From contig CAWJKZ010000021.1 of assembly GCA_963843575.1 (NCBI GenBank), positions 192,001-256,000 on the forward strand: a stretch of DNA of 64,000 nt. The letters run 5' to 3'. The position numbers and the translations under genes were made by a program. Numbering within the stretch: the stretch's first letter is position 1; each line of letters begins with the position of its first letter. Below the pieces are notes generated by a model. It worked only from the letters and a program-made list of their open reading frames with translations. It searched no databases and was not told where the DNA came from. This DNA comes from an uncultured Acidobacteriota bacterium. Lineage in GTDB: Bacteria > Acidobacteriota > UBA6911. Shown piece after piece: positions 50,747-61,668 of this stretch.

Positions 50747-51810
50747 TCACATCAGCACCGGGAAGATCGGCTCGCCCGCCGGATCCAACGCGCGGAGGGT
50801 CGGCTCCACCTCGAAGAAGTATTGCGTGGCCGCGATCAGCCGGTCGTAGGCGACTCCCCGGAGGGACGCGAGCGGGAGCACCGGCCTGTCCAGGAATGAT
50901 TCTCCGGAAGCCGCGGCGTTCGAGGAGGTGTAGGCCGCGATCCGGATGCCGCAGTCGTCGAGCACACGCGCCAGCCCGCGGGCCGCGACGCCCGTGCCGA
51001 ACACCGCGACCGTGCGGATGCCGTCGTGCTTTGAGCCGGCGCACGTAGTCCTGTTCGCGGGCGACGAGTTCCCGGTCCCAGACCCGCCGGTAAAGAGTGT
51101 AGTTGTGGTCCAGGTCCCACTTCCGGGTGATCTTCAGGGTGGCGGACTCCGCGTGAATGCTGACGGCCTGCGGGCTCGTAGAACGGTTGCAGGCCGGCCG
51201 CCCTTATCTTGAGGCAGAGGTCGATGTCCTCGACCCCCCAGATGTAGCGCTCGTCGAAGCCGCCGACCCTGTCGAAGACCTCGCGCGCCAGGCAGAGCAT
51301 CGCGCCCGTGAGCGCGAAGCGCTCGCACCGCCTGTTCACCCGTTCGTCCGAGGGGGAGGCACCCACCCCGTAGTTGGTCGGGTAGCCCCACAGCATCTGT
51401 CCTATCCCCGCGTGCTGGACGACCGTTTCGCCCGGGAACAGCAGCTTGGCCCCCGTGATGCCGATCCCCTCGTCTTCGCGCAACGGCGCCAGCAGCCGCT
51501 CGACGCTCTCGCGCCCGACGATGACGTCGTTGTTGAGGAACAGGAGCCATCGGCCCGAGGCTTCCGCGCACCCCGCGGTTGTTCGCCGGGAGAACGGGGT
51601 GTTGTCGTCGTTTCTGAGGATCCTGAAGCGCTGGAACCAGTCGGCGCACTCGGACAGCGCGCGGGTGTCGTCGGTGGAAGCGTTGTCCACCAGGATGACT
51701 TCGTGCTCCACGGTCGCCACGGCGCGGGACAGGCTCTCGAGGCAATTCCGGGTCATGGGAACGTTGTTGTGCATCAGGACGATGACGCTGAGGCTGTCCG
51801 ATTCGGTCAT
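50747..51810 (-). CDS. GT2 glycosyltransferase with a small C-terminal Rossmann-like domain (frameshifts)
   Basis: LSVIVL, EVILVDNASTD, LFLNND, ALTGAM, VGGFDE, EDIDLCL; C-terminal VFGTGVAARGL. Confidence 0.85.
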
Positions 51811-51823
51811 TTTCCGGACTCCT

Positions 51824-54800
51824 TCAATCAACCGTGAAAATCCGGGGCCGGCTGCCGGCCCCGGCGTAGGCGAGGCGGATCTCGCGCCTGATTTCGCGCG
51901 TGAATGCGAAGGAGCCTACCGCGTACACGTGAATTCCTCTTTCCCGGGCCTCCGCGAGCGACAGGACCTCCACGCCCTCCACCTGAGATCCCCACAGAGA
52001 CTGCTTCTTGTCCACAAAGCCGCAGGGGCGCAGCCCGGCGCTGCGGGCCGCCCGGGCCAGGGCGCGGCCCGCCTCTCCGGCGCCGTAGACGAGCACCTCC
52101 CGGATCCCGTGCCGCCGGATGCGGCGCACGAGCTTCGACATCTTCTCCTCGTAGAGTTCGCCGCGCATCCGGGGCAGATCGCAGTCCACGACGTGCCGCA
52201 GGTTTGTATTTTCCGTTTCGAGTTCCGCGATCCGGTACTCCTGCCGTCGCAGCGTCTCGGTGCGCTCGTCCCTCTCCCGCGCGAGTTCCGGCCACAGTTC
52301 GAGGTAAAGCAGGGCCAGGTCCTTGGCGGCGGCGGCGTCGGCGGGGTCGAGTTCCACCGCCTTGCGGAAGTGTTCCAGCGCCTCGTGTTTCTTCCCCTCG
52401 GCGTAGCGCAGCAGCCCGAGTTCGTGGTGCGCGGCGGAGTCGGTGACGTCGAGCCAGAGCAGGTCGCGCAATTCGGTTGCCGAGCGCTCGGCCTGCGGAC
52501 CCGCAGGAAGGCGGGGGCCCGGGATGGTTGTGCGGGACAGCGCCTGGAGATCCCGTCCAGGCGGCGAACGGTCTTGCTGTAGCAGTAGTCGCGTGTTTCG
52601 CTGACCGTCTGCCACGAAGGCCGACAGCAGTTCCTGCTCCCGCGCGGACAGCGCGGGGACCGCGGCCGACATCGCTTCGTCGGTAGATCCGGGTCAGCTC
52701 CGGTATCCTCGCTGCGGCGTCGAAGCGCTCCAGTGCGAGGTCCCGCAAGCGCTGGCCGGACTCGCCGCGGTATCTCCGGAGTTCGTCGGCCAGCTGTGAC
52801 GGGGTGTACTCCAGTCGACGCGTCCGGCCCGAGAAGTTGCGTTTCATCAGGTCGTCGAGGTTTTCGGGCGTCACCATGCCGTCGCCGCCGAGGTAGTCGT
52901 AGACCACCGGGACACGGCCGCACAACATGGTTTCGATCACGCCCCTCCCGAGCGAGAACACGATGTCGGCCTCGTTGATGTACGAGGGGAGCAGTGCCGG
53001 GTCGGCCTCTCCGAATCTCCCCCCCACGAAGCGCCCGAAGATCCCCAGGTCCGACAGCGCCTCCCGAATGACGGCTTCCCGCGCGTGATCGAGCCGGGAA
53101 CTCAGCACCAGCGCACGCTCGGGCTTCTGCCGGATCGGACAAGTGGGGCTGAAGCGCTGCGAGTCGACGACGTTACGGAAGACCGAGACTGAGCCGGCCG
53201 GTACGCCCTTGGACAAGGAGGTTTTCCAGGACCTCCTCGCTCACGGCGAGGTATCGGGCGATTTTGAGGTCGACGACCGGCGGCTGCTCCAGGAAGGGGA
53301 GCACCCCATGGGAAACCATGACCATCGGCAGGTGCGGGAAGCGCAGCCGGACTTCCATTGCGTTGATGTTGTGATGTACCTGCGCGACGTCGAACGGCTC
53401 GCCGGCGATCTCGTCGATGTCCTGCACGACCCGCACACCGATGCCGCGCAGCCGTCGGCCGGTCTTGTCGACGTACCGGGAGTACACGATGACATCGTGC
53501 CCCGCCCGTTTCAAGAAGTCGGCGACCGTATAGGTGAAGGCCTCCGAACCCGTGTAGTCGAGCAGATGATGATTCGTCAGCAGTACCCTCAGGCTGGCGG
53601 GTGCCGCGACAATGGCCTTCTGCGCCGCGGCCTCGATCTCGGGGGTTAGCGGAACGCCCCTGAATTCCTTCTCTTCCCACGTGATCAGGGGATTACCGAA
53701 ATCCGACTGCGTGTGGACGGCTTTTCCCTTGCGGGCATTCCATTTCGCGGCATAGCCGGCGAAGTTGCCGCTGTAGTAGCGGCAGGTTTCCTCCCACTGC
53801 GCGACGGAGACCGCTTTGCCGTAGTGCCTGACGTGGCCGGCCTCCAGCAGCTTTCCTTCGGTGCCGAGTTCCACCTCGCGTTGCCCGGGCCGGCTGTAGG
53901 AAAGAGACGGCAGGTTTCGGAACGCCATCAGGATGGGCCGGTACTCGGGGCCGAGCCACTTGCGTTCCGCATAGGTCGCCTCCACGTCCTCCGCGGTGAT
54001 GTAGTAGTCGAACAGCTTCATCCGCACCCCCACGATGTCGTCCGGGCAGAGGAGGAGGCTGCTCCAGTCGAACTCGATTCGCTCGTCCGCGTCCAGGTAG
54101 ACGAACCAGTCGCGCGGTCCGGCTTCGCGCTTCGCCCGGGCGAGAACAGCGGCGCGGTCGGCGTAGTTGGCCCTCCCGCGGTTGCCGTCCCAGAATTCCC
54201 CCCGGACGACGTCGATGACGGCAGGGTGTGCGCGACAGATCTCGGGGGTCGAGTCCGACGATACGTCGTCGTACACGACGATCCCTCCGTTGCAGAAGCG
54301 GGACAGGTGGTCGAGCGTGTCCCGGACGATAGCCGCCTCGTTTCGGACCCGGGTCAACCCGATCACGCGCATGTCGGTTGCGTGGGCCAGGCAGAACGTC
54401 CGGCCTTCTTCCTCCCAGATCTCCGAGTAGGTGAGGCCGGCGGACTTGAGCCAAAGCCGCAGTTCTGCCGCCGGCACGCCCCGCACGTGGGTGTTGTTCC
54501 CCCAGTGGCTCGAAGGGCTCGAGATGTAGAGGGTGCCGGCGGGGGCGAGGGCAACGCGGGCGACCTTCAGGATTTCCACGGGGTCGGCGACGTGCTCGAG
54601 TATCTCGGCGCAGATCACGTGATCGTAGAGATCGGCGGTCGTGAAGTCCTCTATCCAACCGCGGTGCATGCGGACGCGCGCCTGGACCTCCGGCGCTTCG
54701 CAGGCGAGGGCCGTCTCGAAGGTCTGGGCGAGCGAGTCGGACAGCTCCACGCCGTGCACCACGTGACCCTCCCTGGCGTAGTGGATCAGGTTCGGCCCGT

Positions 54801-55002
54801 TGTGCGCTCCGAGTTCCAGGATGCGGGCCGCCGGCCTCGGCCGGAAGTGCTTCATCCACTCTTCGCGCCGGCGGACCACGCGGTTGGCTTCGAGCGTGCC
54901 GACCTCGTCGTACAGGGCCTTGTAACGCTTCCGGTCGGACAGGTGCCGATAGTCCTTCACGTCCGTGATGTATCGGTGCCGGGGTGCCTTGTGGACAGTC
55001 AT
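51824..55002 (-). CDS. Multidomain methyltransferase-GT2-like-GT4-like-TPR-Rossmann protein (frameshifts near 53200 and 52680)
   Basis: ILELGAHNG/EILEHV methyltransferase; TRVRNE..YDDVSSD..LDADE GT2-like; VLLTNHHL..GSE..GRGVIETMLCG GT-B; AAHHELG..ALEHFRKAVELDP TPR; VYGAGEAG. Fusion of the last part is inferred. Confidence 0.75.
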
Positions 55003-56303
55003 GCCGCCGCATTGACCTCGAGAAGTTCGTCGTAGAGTGTCGCGATCCGGCGCGGCCATCTCCTCGGAGGAGAGGATGACGCGGGATGCCCGCGACGAGC
55101 CGCGCATAGAGCTCGGGGGAGGTCGCCAGTTGGAGAAGTCGCTGCAGCAGGTCCGAGTGGTTCGCCGGCCGCGAAGTGCAGGCCGCTGACGCCGTCGACC
55201 ACTTTTTCCGCCATGCCGCCGATGTTCGAGCACACGACCGGCAGGCCGGCCATGAACGCCTCCTGGATGACCAGCGGCGAGTTTTCCCACCAGACCGATG
55301 GGACGACGACGCAGTCGACGCGGCTCGAGCAGGTCCTGCATGCAGCCGACGTCGTAGGCGCCGTGATCGTGCACCACGTCGCGCGTCCGATCGATGAGGC
55401 GGTCCAGGTCCTCCGCCGCCGGCCCCGACATCCAGTGGCGCGCCCCGTAGAGTCCGAAGTGGAGCTCGGGCAGTGTCACGGCCGTGACGCGCCTGCAGGT
55501 ACTCCTCGGCGGCCCGGAGGAAGACGTCGCACCCCTTGTGGGCGACGACTTGCCCGAAGAAGGCGGCGCGAAACGGCTGCCCGGACCGCCTCGGCGGGCG
55601 CTGCCGCCGCTCCCAGACCGGACGACCGTTGTCCATCACCAGGATGCGCTCGGGAGCGATGCCCCACTCCACGTACCGGTCCTTCAGGAACCGGCTCGGG
55701 GCGATGAATCTGTCGACTGCTGAGAAGTTTGATTTGATCAGGCGCTCGCGCAGGAAGAAGTCGCGCGGCCTGCGCCGCGGGAAACAGCGGCAGCACTCGA
55801 GCAGCGACGCGCGGTGACAGGGACGGCAGGTGTCTCTCCTCGAGCATGAGCCCCTGGTTGGCGCAGATGGCCTCGTACTCGTGCAGCGTGAGCACGATCT
55901 TCGCGCCGGGAAGCAGGGACCGAACGTAGGAAATGAGATCCACGCCAAGGTGGATGAAGTGCTGAAAATGCACCACGTCGGGCTTGAGCCCCAGTAGAAG
56001 CTCGCGAAACGGTTCGAACAGGTCCGCTTCGACGGCGCCGGAAGCGATCCTGGAGTGGCAGAAATAGTCGTAATGGCAGCTGTCGCTCACGATCAGGTGG
56101 GTGGAATCGTCCGGCTGCCAGCGGATCAAGGGCGCGTCGGGCCCGCGCACTCGACCCTCGGCGTCGGCGATCCTGGCCAGCAGGTGCGGCTCGTAACCGC
56201 CGGCGGCCTTCATGGCCTGATACAGGTGCGCCGCGGCCAGCTCCCCGCCCCCGGTAGAAAAGGCCGGATGCCCGTGTGCGACGTAGAGCACTCTTCTCTT
56301 CAT
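54999..56303 (-). CDS. GT4 glycosyltransferase, paralog A (several frameshifts)
   Basis: VLYVAHGHP..GGGE, PDVVHFQH, TLHEY, FFGQVVAHKG, MAGLPVVCSNIGGMAEKV. Confidence 0.85.
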
Positions 56304-57683
56304 AGTTGGTTATCCGGCGGCCGCGGCTCGGGGCGCGAAGTTCGGTCTGCCCTCGGGTGCGCTCGTCCTGCGGCATTGCGGTCGAGACGAGCGCGCAGCA
56401 GCCCGTCGTAGATGACGCTGAAGCGGCGGGCCATCTCGTGATCGGACAGGATCTCCGGGATGCCCTGCACCAGCCGGGCGTAGAGCTCGGGCGATCCCGC
56501 CAGCTCCAGGATCCGGTCGAGCAGGTCGAAGTGATCTCCCACCGCGAAGTGCAGACCGTTGACCCGGTCCTTCACTTTCTCCGCCATCCCCCCTATGTTG
56601 GAGCAGATGACCGGCACTCCGGCCAGGAAGGCCTCCTGTATGACCAGGGGCGAGTTCTCCCACCAAACGGAGGGGACGACGACGCAGTCCACGCGCGAGA
56701 GCAGGTCCTGCATGCTATCCATGTCGTACGGCCCGTGATCGTGCACAACGCAGCGCGCGGCCTCCAGGAGGGTTTCGAGCCGGCCGCTCAGTTCGTCCGA
56801 AAGCTGGCGCGTGCCGTGCAGGCTGAATCGTACTTCCGGCAGGGGCACACCCGCCGGGAGCGGCGGATGACCGCAGCCGCGCGTACTCTGCCGCCGCCTG
56901 CAAGAAGACGTCCCACCCCTTGTGGAATACCATCTGGCCGAAGAATGCCGCCCTGAAGGGCCGGCCCGCGCGGGTCCGCCTTGTCGCGGTCCACCCGGGA
57001 CGGCCGTAATCCATGACCACGATGCGCTCAGAGGGGACGCCCCAATCGACGTAGCGCTTTTTCAGGAACTCGCTCGGGGCATGGAACAGGTCGACCGCCG
57101 CGAAGTTGGATTTGATCAGGCGCTCCCGCAGGAAGAACTCGCGGGATTTCCGTCCGGGAAAACACCGGCAGCAGTCCAGGGTGGAGGCGCGATGGCACAG
57201 CTGTCTGCGGTCGGTTTTCAGCATCGAACCGTCGTGGGCGCAGATGGCGCCGTACTCGTGCAGGGTGAGCAGGATCCGTGTCGCGGGCAGGAGTGTCTTG
57301 ACGTAGGAAATCAGGTCCACGCCGATGTGCACGAAATGCTGAAAATGGACGATGTCGGGCCTCAGGGCGAGGAGAAACTCGCGCACGTCGGCATACATGT
57401 CGGCTTCCGCAAGTGCCGCGTCTATCTTGGTGTGGTAAAAGTAGTCGTAGGCGTTGCTGACCAGCAGGTGCGTCGCTTCGTCCTTTTCCCAACCCAGGAG
57501 GCGGGATCCCGGGTGCTGAACCTGGCAGGACGGATCCGCGAACCGTGCCAGCAGGAACGGCCGGTAATCCCCGCTCCGTTTCATCGCTTCGTAGAGGTAG
57601 TGTGCGGCGAGCTCTCCACCGCCGCGCGAGAAGGCCGGATGGGCGTGGGCGACGTAGAGCACTTTCTTTCGTGGGTCTGTCAT
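56300..57683 (-). CDS. GT4 glycosyltransferase, paralog B (frameshift near 56850)
   Basis: VLYVAHAHP..GGGE, PDIVHFQH, TLHEY, FFGQMVFHKG, PSVWWENSPLVIQEAF. Confidence 0.88.
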
Positions 57684-58399
57684 TGTCCACCTGCGAGCGT
57701 TGGGGTGTGCCACTCCGCTGGCGCCCGGCGGTCCGCAGCAAGGCCGGGTTCGCCCGGCACCTGGGCGCGGACGCGGTCCGTCCTGATCAGGTCGATGCCG
57801 TACTTCGCGAGGTAAGCCAGGGCGCGCCAAACCGGGTCCGCCCCTTCCTCCAACGCGATCACCACGGCATCGGGTGCCAGGTAACGGATCTGGGCCGGAT
57901 TCAGCATTTCGCGGCCGCACCACTCCCTCCCGATGCCGTCCGGGTCGGTGGTGCACACGCCGACGACACTGATCCGGGCCGATTCCAGCGCGTGGAAGGA
58001 TATTTCGGCCAGGCGCCCGCTGCCGTACAGGACAGCCCGATGCAGCTCGCGGCGCGCCTGGCTCACGATGATTTCCCGCACCCAGTCCCGGGTTTCCGCG
58101 AACGATTCGATCCTCTCGAGCAGCAGCTCGTTCTGGATGGCCTCGGCCGTCTGGCCGCCCTCCGGCGTCACGTGATAGGAAATGGTCTTCGCCGTCTGGC
58201 GGCGGTATTCCAGGAGGCCGCCGTCGCACAGCTCCTTCATGTAGTTGTTGACCATTGCCACGGACAAGCCGCACCGCCGGGCCAGCGCGGTCTGCGTGAT
58301 GCCGTGGTCGGCAGCCACCTCCTCGAGGATGCGGAGCTGATTCAACCGCGGAGCGGGGCTGTAGAGGCTGCCTCGGGCCTTAGTTCGCATCGGTTTCAT
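57680..58399 (-). CDS. Winged-helix (MarR-like, polysaccharide-locus type) regulator with C-terminal Rossmann-like domain
   Basis: ILEEV..ITQTALARRCGLSVAMVNNYMKEL..YHVTPEG; AVLYGSGRLAEI; first gene of the GT operon. Confidence 0.85.
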   Translation of the reverse strand: MKPMRTKARGSLYSPAPRLNQLRILEEVAADHGITQTALARRCGLSVAMVNNYMKELCDGGLLEYRRQTAKTISYHVTPEGGQTAEAIQNELLLERIESFAETRDWVREIIVSQARRELHRAVLYGSGRLAEISFHALESARISVVGVCTTDPDGIGREWCGREMLNPAQIRYLAPDAVVIALEEGADPVWRALAYLAKYGIDLIRTDRVRAQVPGEPGLAADRRAPAEWHTPTLAGGQ

Positions 58400-58564
58400 C
58401 CAGTGAATGCACGTCATGGGCTGGCCACGCCAGCCACAACCGGCCTCATCGTCGGAACCGACTGGGAACTTTAAACTTTGCACGCTCGGGCGTCGATTCC
58501 CGGGAGCGAAACGCCTCGGGAATTCACTCACTGGTTGTAAGATGTCCTTTCGCTGGGGGCGGCC

Positions 58565-60436
58565 TTGGACTATCTCAACTCTAACCTGGATTTGCTGTCG
58601 CGACGCCAGCCGGCACTCGCCCGGCTTTTGTCTGCTGCGAGCCTGGGGCCGATCGAACTCCTTCCGACGGCCAGCGGCGTGCCTACCGCCCGTTGTCACG
58701 GTCCGGCTTCGACGGTGCTGCTGCACAGCGGGCGCGACCCGATGAAGGAGGCCCGCAGCTCGCTGGCGGGTCAGCACCTGCCCACCGGCGAATGCTATGC
58801 GCTGCTCGGGTTCGGGCTCGGATATGTGCTCGACGCCCTGCTCGAGATGAACCGCGGCCGGAGTGCGGGCTATTTCGTGGTGGAATCGAACCTCGAGATC
58901 CTCAGGGCGGCTTTCGAAGCCCGGGACATGCGGGGCGTGCTCTCGCTGCCGCAGCTGCACTTTGCCTGGCCTCCCGCCGGCCCCGAACTGTGCGAACAAT
59001 GGAGGCAGTTTTTCGACCCCGTGACGGCGGAAAAATGCACCTTCGTCATGCACCCCCCCTCGATCGCCCGGGCTCCGGCGCTTTTCAAGTCGGCTGCCGA
59101 GATCATCCAGAGCGAGTCGTTTCAGATCCTGACCGACATCAATACGCTGGTCGCCCGGTCGGAGGAGTTCCTCCGGAACTTCGTCGAGAATCTTCCTCGG
59201 GCGCTTGGCTGCCCGGGCGTTTCGGGATTCGCCGGGGCGTTCACCGGTGTGCCGGGGCTCATCGTTTCGGCCGGTCCGTCGCTGGACCGGAACGTCCACG
59301 AGTTGCGTGGCTGGGAAGAGCAGGTCCTGGTCCTGTCGACCGACACGGCTCTGAAGCCCCTGCTTGCCGCGGGCATCGAACCGCACTTCGTGCTCACGGC
59401 GGATCCGGGTCATCGTAACTTTCTCCACGTCCAAGGCGCCGTGACGCGGCGGGCGCTGCTGGTCGCCGAAGCGACGGCCTATCCGGCGGTCTTCGCCGAA
59501 TTTCCAGGCCGGGTCATAACCTGCACCTTTCGGGATTCCTCGTTGCGGGCGCTCTCCGACGTCCTTGCCGAAAAAGGCTCGCTCAAGGCCTGGGGTTCGG
59601 TGGCGACGATGGCCCTGGACTTCGCCCTGCATCTTGGGTGCAACCCGGTGATTTTCGCGGGTCAGGATCTGGCCCACAGCGACGGCCGGACCTACTGCAC
59701 GGGACTGTTCACGGAGGGGGAGTGGTTTGCGGACATAGCCGACCCGCAGGCGTGGGCGAGCCGGTGGGAACGCCTGCGCGAGGGGCACAAGATCGTCGTC
59801 ACGGATGACCTTTTCGGGCGGCCGATCGAAACCACCGACAAGCTGGCCGCATACTGGAACTGGATGGTTAAAGAGATCGGGGCGCACCCCGGGACTCGGT
59901 TCATCAATGCGACCGAAGGGGGCATCCTGCGCCAGGGTGTGGAAATCCTGAGCCTGCGCGAGGCGTTGCACAGGTATTGTGCACTCCCCTTGGCGCTGCT
60001 CGACCGGGTGCGTACTCTGTACGGACGGTGCGCGCAAGACCCGGGCCTGGGGGACCGAGGCCGAGCCGACTTCCTGGTGGAGGAAGCCGCCCGTCTGGAG
60101 CGGGCCGTGCAGGAAGGGCTAGCGCTTGCGCGGAGGACGCCGGCCGGTCCTTCGCCCGCGCTGCTCGCCACCCTGGAGAAGGCCAAACAGTCGGTCTATT
60201 CGGGCGCCCCGCAACTGGCCTCGCTGCTGGACGCTTTCAACCAGATGGGCAATGTCGCATTTCTGCGCGGCCGCAACCGGCTGACCCAGACCCCCAAACC
60301 GAGCGCCGTTGCCATCCAGTCCGTTTACGGCGAGTACTTCGCTTCCGTCGGGGAGGCGCTGAGACGCGTGGCGCCGGGCTTGCAGGAGATCCGGCGCGCC
60401 CTCGGGGCGGCGCCGCGGGTCGTCGAACCGGATTGA
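58565..60436 (+). CDS. Maf-type (motility associated factor, DUF115/MAF_flag10) glycosyltransferase
   Basis: LHSGRDPMKEA, GFGLGY, IVSAGPSLDRN, DTAL, GSVATMA..LGCNPVIFAGQDLA, INATEGG. Confidence 0.85.
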   Translation: MDYLNSNLDLLSRRQPALARLLSAASLGPIELLPTASGVPTARCHGPASTVLLHSGRDPMKEARSSLAGQHLPTGECYALLGFGLGYVLDALLEMNRGRSAGYFVVESNLEILRAAFEARDMRGVLSLPQLHFAWPPAGPELCEQWRQFFDPVTAEKCTFVMHPPSIARAPALFKSAAEIIQSESFQILTDINTLVARSEEFLRNFVENLPRALGCPGVSGFAGAFTGVPGLIVSAGPSLDRNVHELRGWEEQVLVLSTDTALKPLLAAGIEPHFVLTADPGHRNFLHVQGAVTRRALLVAEATAYPAVFAEFPGRVITCTFRDSSLRALSDVLAEKGSLKAWGSVATMALDFALHLGCNPVIFAGQDLAHSDGRTYCTGLFTEGEWFADIADPQAWASRWERLREGHKIVVTDDLFGRPIETTDKLAAYWNWMVKEIGAHPGTRFINATEGGILRQGVEILSLREALHRYCALPLALLDRVRTLYGRCAQDPGLGDRGRADFLVEEAARLERAVQEGLALARRTPAGPSPALLATLEKAKQSVYSGAPQLASLLDAFNQMGNVAFLRGRNRLTQTPKPSAVAIQSVYGEYFASVGEALRRVAPGLQEIRRALGAAPRVVEPD

Positions 60437-60438
60437 GG

Positions 60439-61608
60439 TCAGCGCAGGTTCAACGAGCGCGGGGTCTCGGTGGAGTCCACGAGACGCGTTGCGCGCACGA
60501 ACGTCTCGGCGCGGTCGCGGTCGAATGTGGGCGAGCGCGGGTCGAGGCTGGCTATGCGCACCCTGCCCGAGCAGTGGATGAAGGCCCCGTCGGACAGGTA
60601 GAGGCCTACGTGCCAGATCCGCTCCGGTTTTCCGTCACCGGCCTTCCGGCCGAAAAACAGCAGGTCGCCGCGCTTCAGGTTCACCAGGCCCGCGGGATCC
60701 ACGCCGCGGCCGAGCCGGGCCTGCTGGTTCGCGTCGCGCAGGAGGTCGAGGCCGTTCATCTGGTAGACGGTCTTCACAAAGCCGGAGCAGTCGAACCCCT
60801 TCGCGGACGTACCGCCCCAAAGATACGGCACCCCCAGGAACATGCGCGCCGTCTTCTCGATCCCTTCGGCGGTGAGACGGCGCGTGGATTTCCACGCCGA
60901 GTACTCTTGCGCCGCGGCGGCCGCGACGAAGCCCGTTCGCCCGTCGGGAAGGGCGGCTTCGAACCACGGGCCCCGGCCGGCCACCCACCTCAGGAGATCG
61001 CCGGCCACCAGATCGGAAACCTGTGCGGCGGTCTGCCCGGGGCGTTCGAGGAGAACGGCGGACGGGGTGGTCACCACGATGCGCCTGGCCGCGTTCCAGC
61101 CGTCGGCGGCTCCGGCGTCCACGACGGCCATGGCGTCGTCGTCGATCCAGCCGAGGTAACGGTCCGCGCACTTTACGTAGAGCCAGCCACCGTCCCGCTT
61201 CAGGAGGCGAACGACCGCGCCCATAAGCACCTGGCTCAGCATCTCGGCCGAGTGCCTCGGGGCTCGCCGGAGATTGCCGACCGAGACCGTCACGATGCCG
61301 AACTTTTCCCCGGCGAGCCCGGGATCGGGGAGGACAGCCACACGGTCCGTGACAGGCATGCCGGCACGCTCGGCGAGGCGCGCAAGCACCTCGGCCTTTG
61401 CCGCCGGGTCATCGACCTCGCCCTCCGCGACGAGCTTTCCCGGTTCGCCGCTGACTTCTATGCGGAACACGGCGAGGCGCGTGTCGGGGGCGTATTTGTC
61501 CTGGATCGGTTGCAGGTCTGCGGTCCAGTCCCGCTCGGCAGGCCGCCTGCATGCCGCGGCCGGCAGGAGGACAAGCAGGACCAGCGCGGCTTGTCTGACC
61601 TTGTTCAC
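60439..61608 (-). CDS. SH3 + NlpC/P60 peptidase (YkfC-like), probable lipoprotein
   Basis: LPAAAC lipobox-like; GVPYLWGGTS..FDCSG, GDLLFF, HVGLY, FIH. Confidence 0.92.
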   Translation of the reverse strand: MNKVRQAALVLLVLLPAAACRRPAERDWTADLQPIQDKYAPDTRLAVFRIEVSGEPGKLVAEGEVDDPAAKAEVLARLAERAGMPVTDRVAVLPDPGLAGEKFGIVTVSVGNLRRAPRHSAEMLSQVLMGAVVRLLKRDGGWLYVKCADRYLGWIDDDAMAVVDAGAADGWNAARRIVVTTPSAVLLERPGQTAAQVSDLVAGDLLRWVAGRGPWFEAALPDGRTGFVAAAAAQEYSAWKSTRRLTAEGIEKTARMFLGVPYLWGGTSAKGFDCSGFVKTVYQMNGLDLLRDANQQARLGRGVDPAGLVNLKRGDLLFFGRKAGDGKPERIWHVGLYLSDGAFIHCSGRVRIASLDPRSPTFDRDRAETFVRATRLVDSTETPRSLNLR

Positions 61609-61668
61609 CGTGGTTCCCTTTCGGCCGTAGGATAATGGTTTTCGCCCACGAAGGCCAGGATGGCCAGG

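Noticed and set aside
47139-57683. Phase variation by slipped-strand tracts in GT genes
   Set aside because: No long homopolymer or SSR tracts at the shift sites I inspected; several indels per gene fit sequencing error better.
57680-60037. 785-aa ORF as a long regulator fusion
   Set aside because: Only the last ~240 aa (from 58399) is the regulator; the rest is antisense to the Maf gene.
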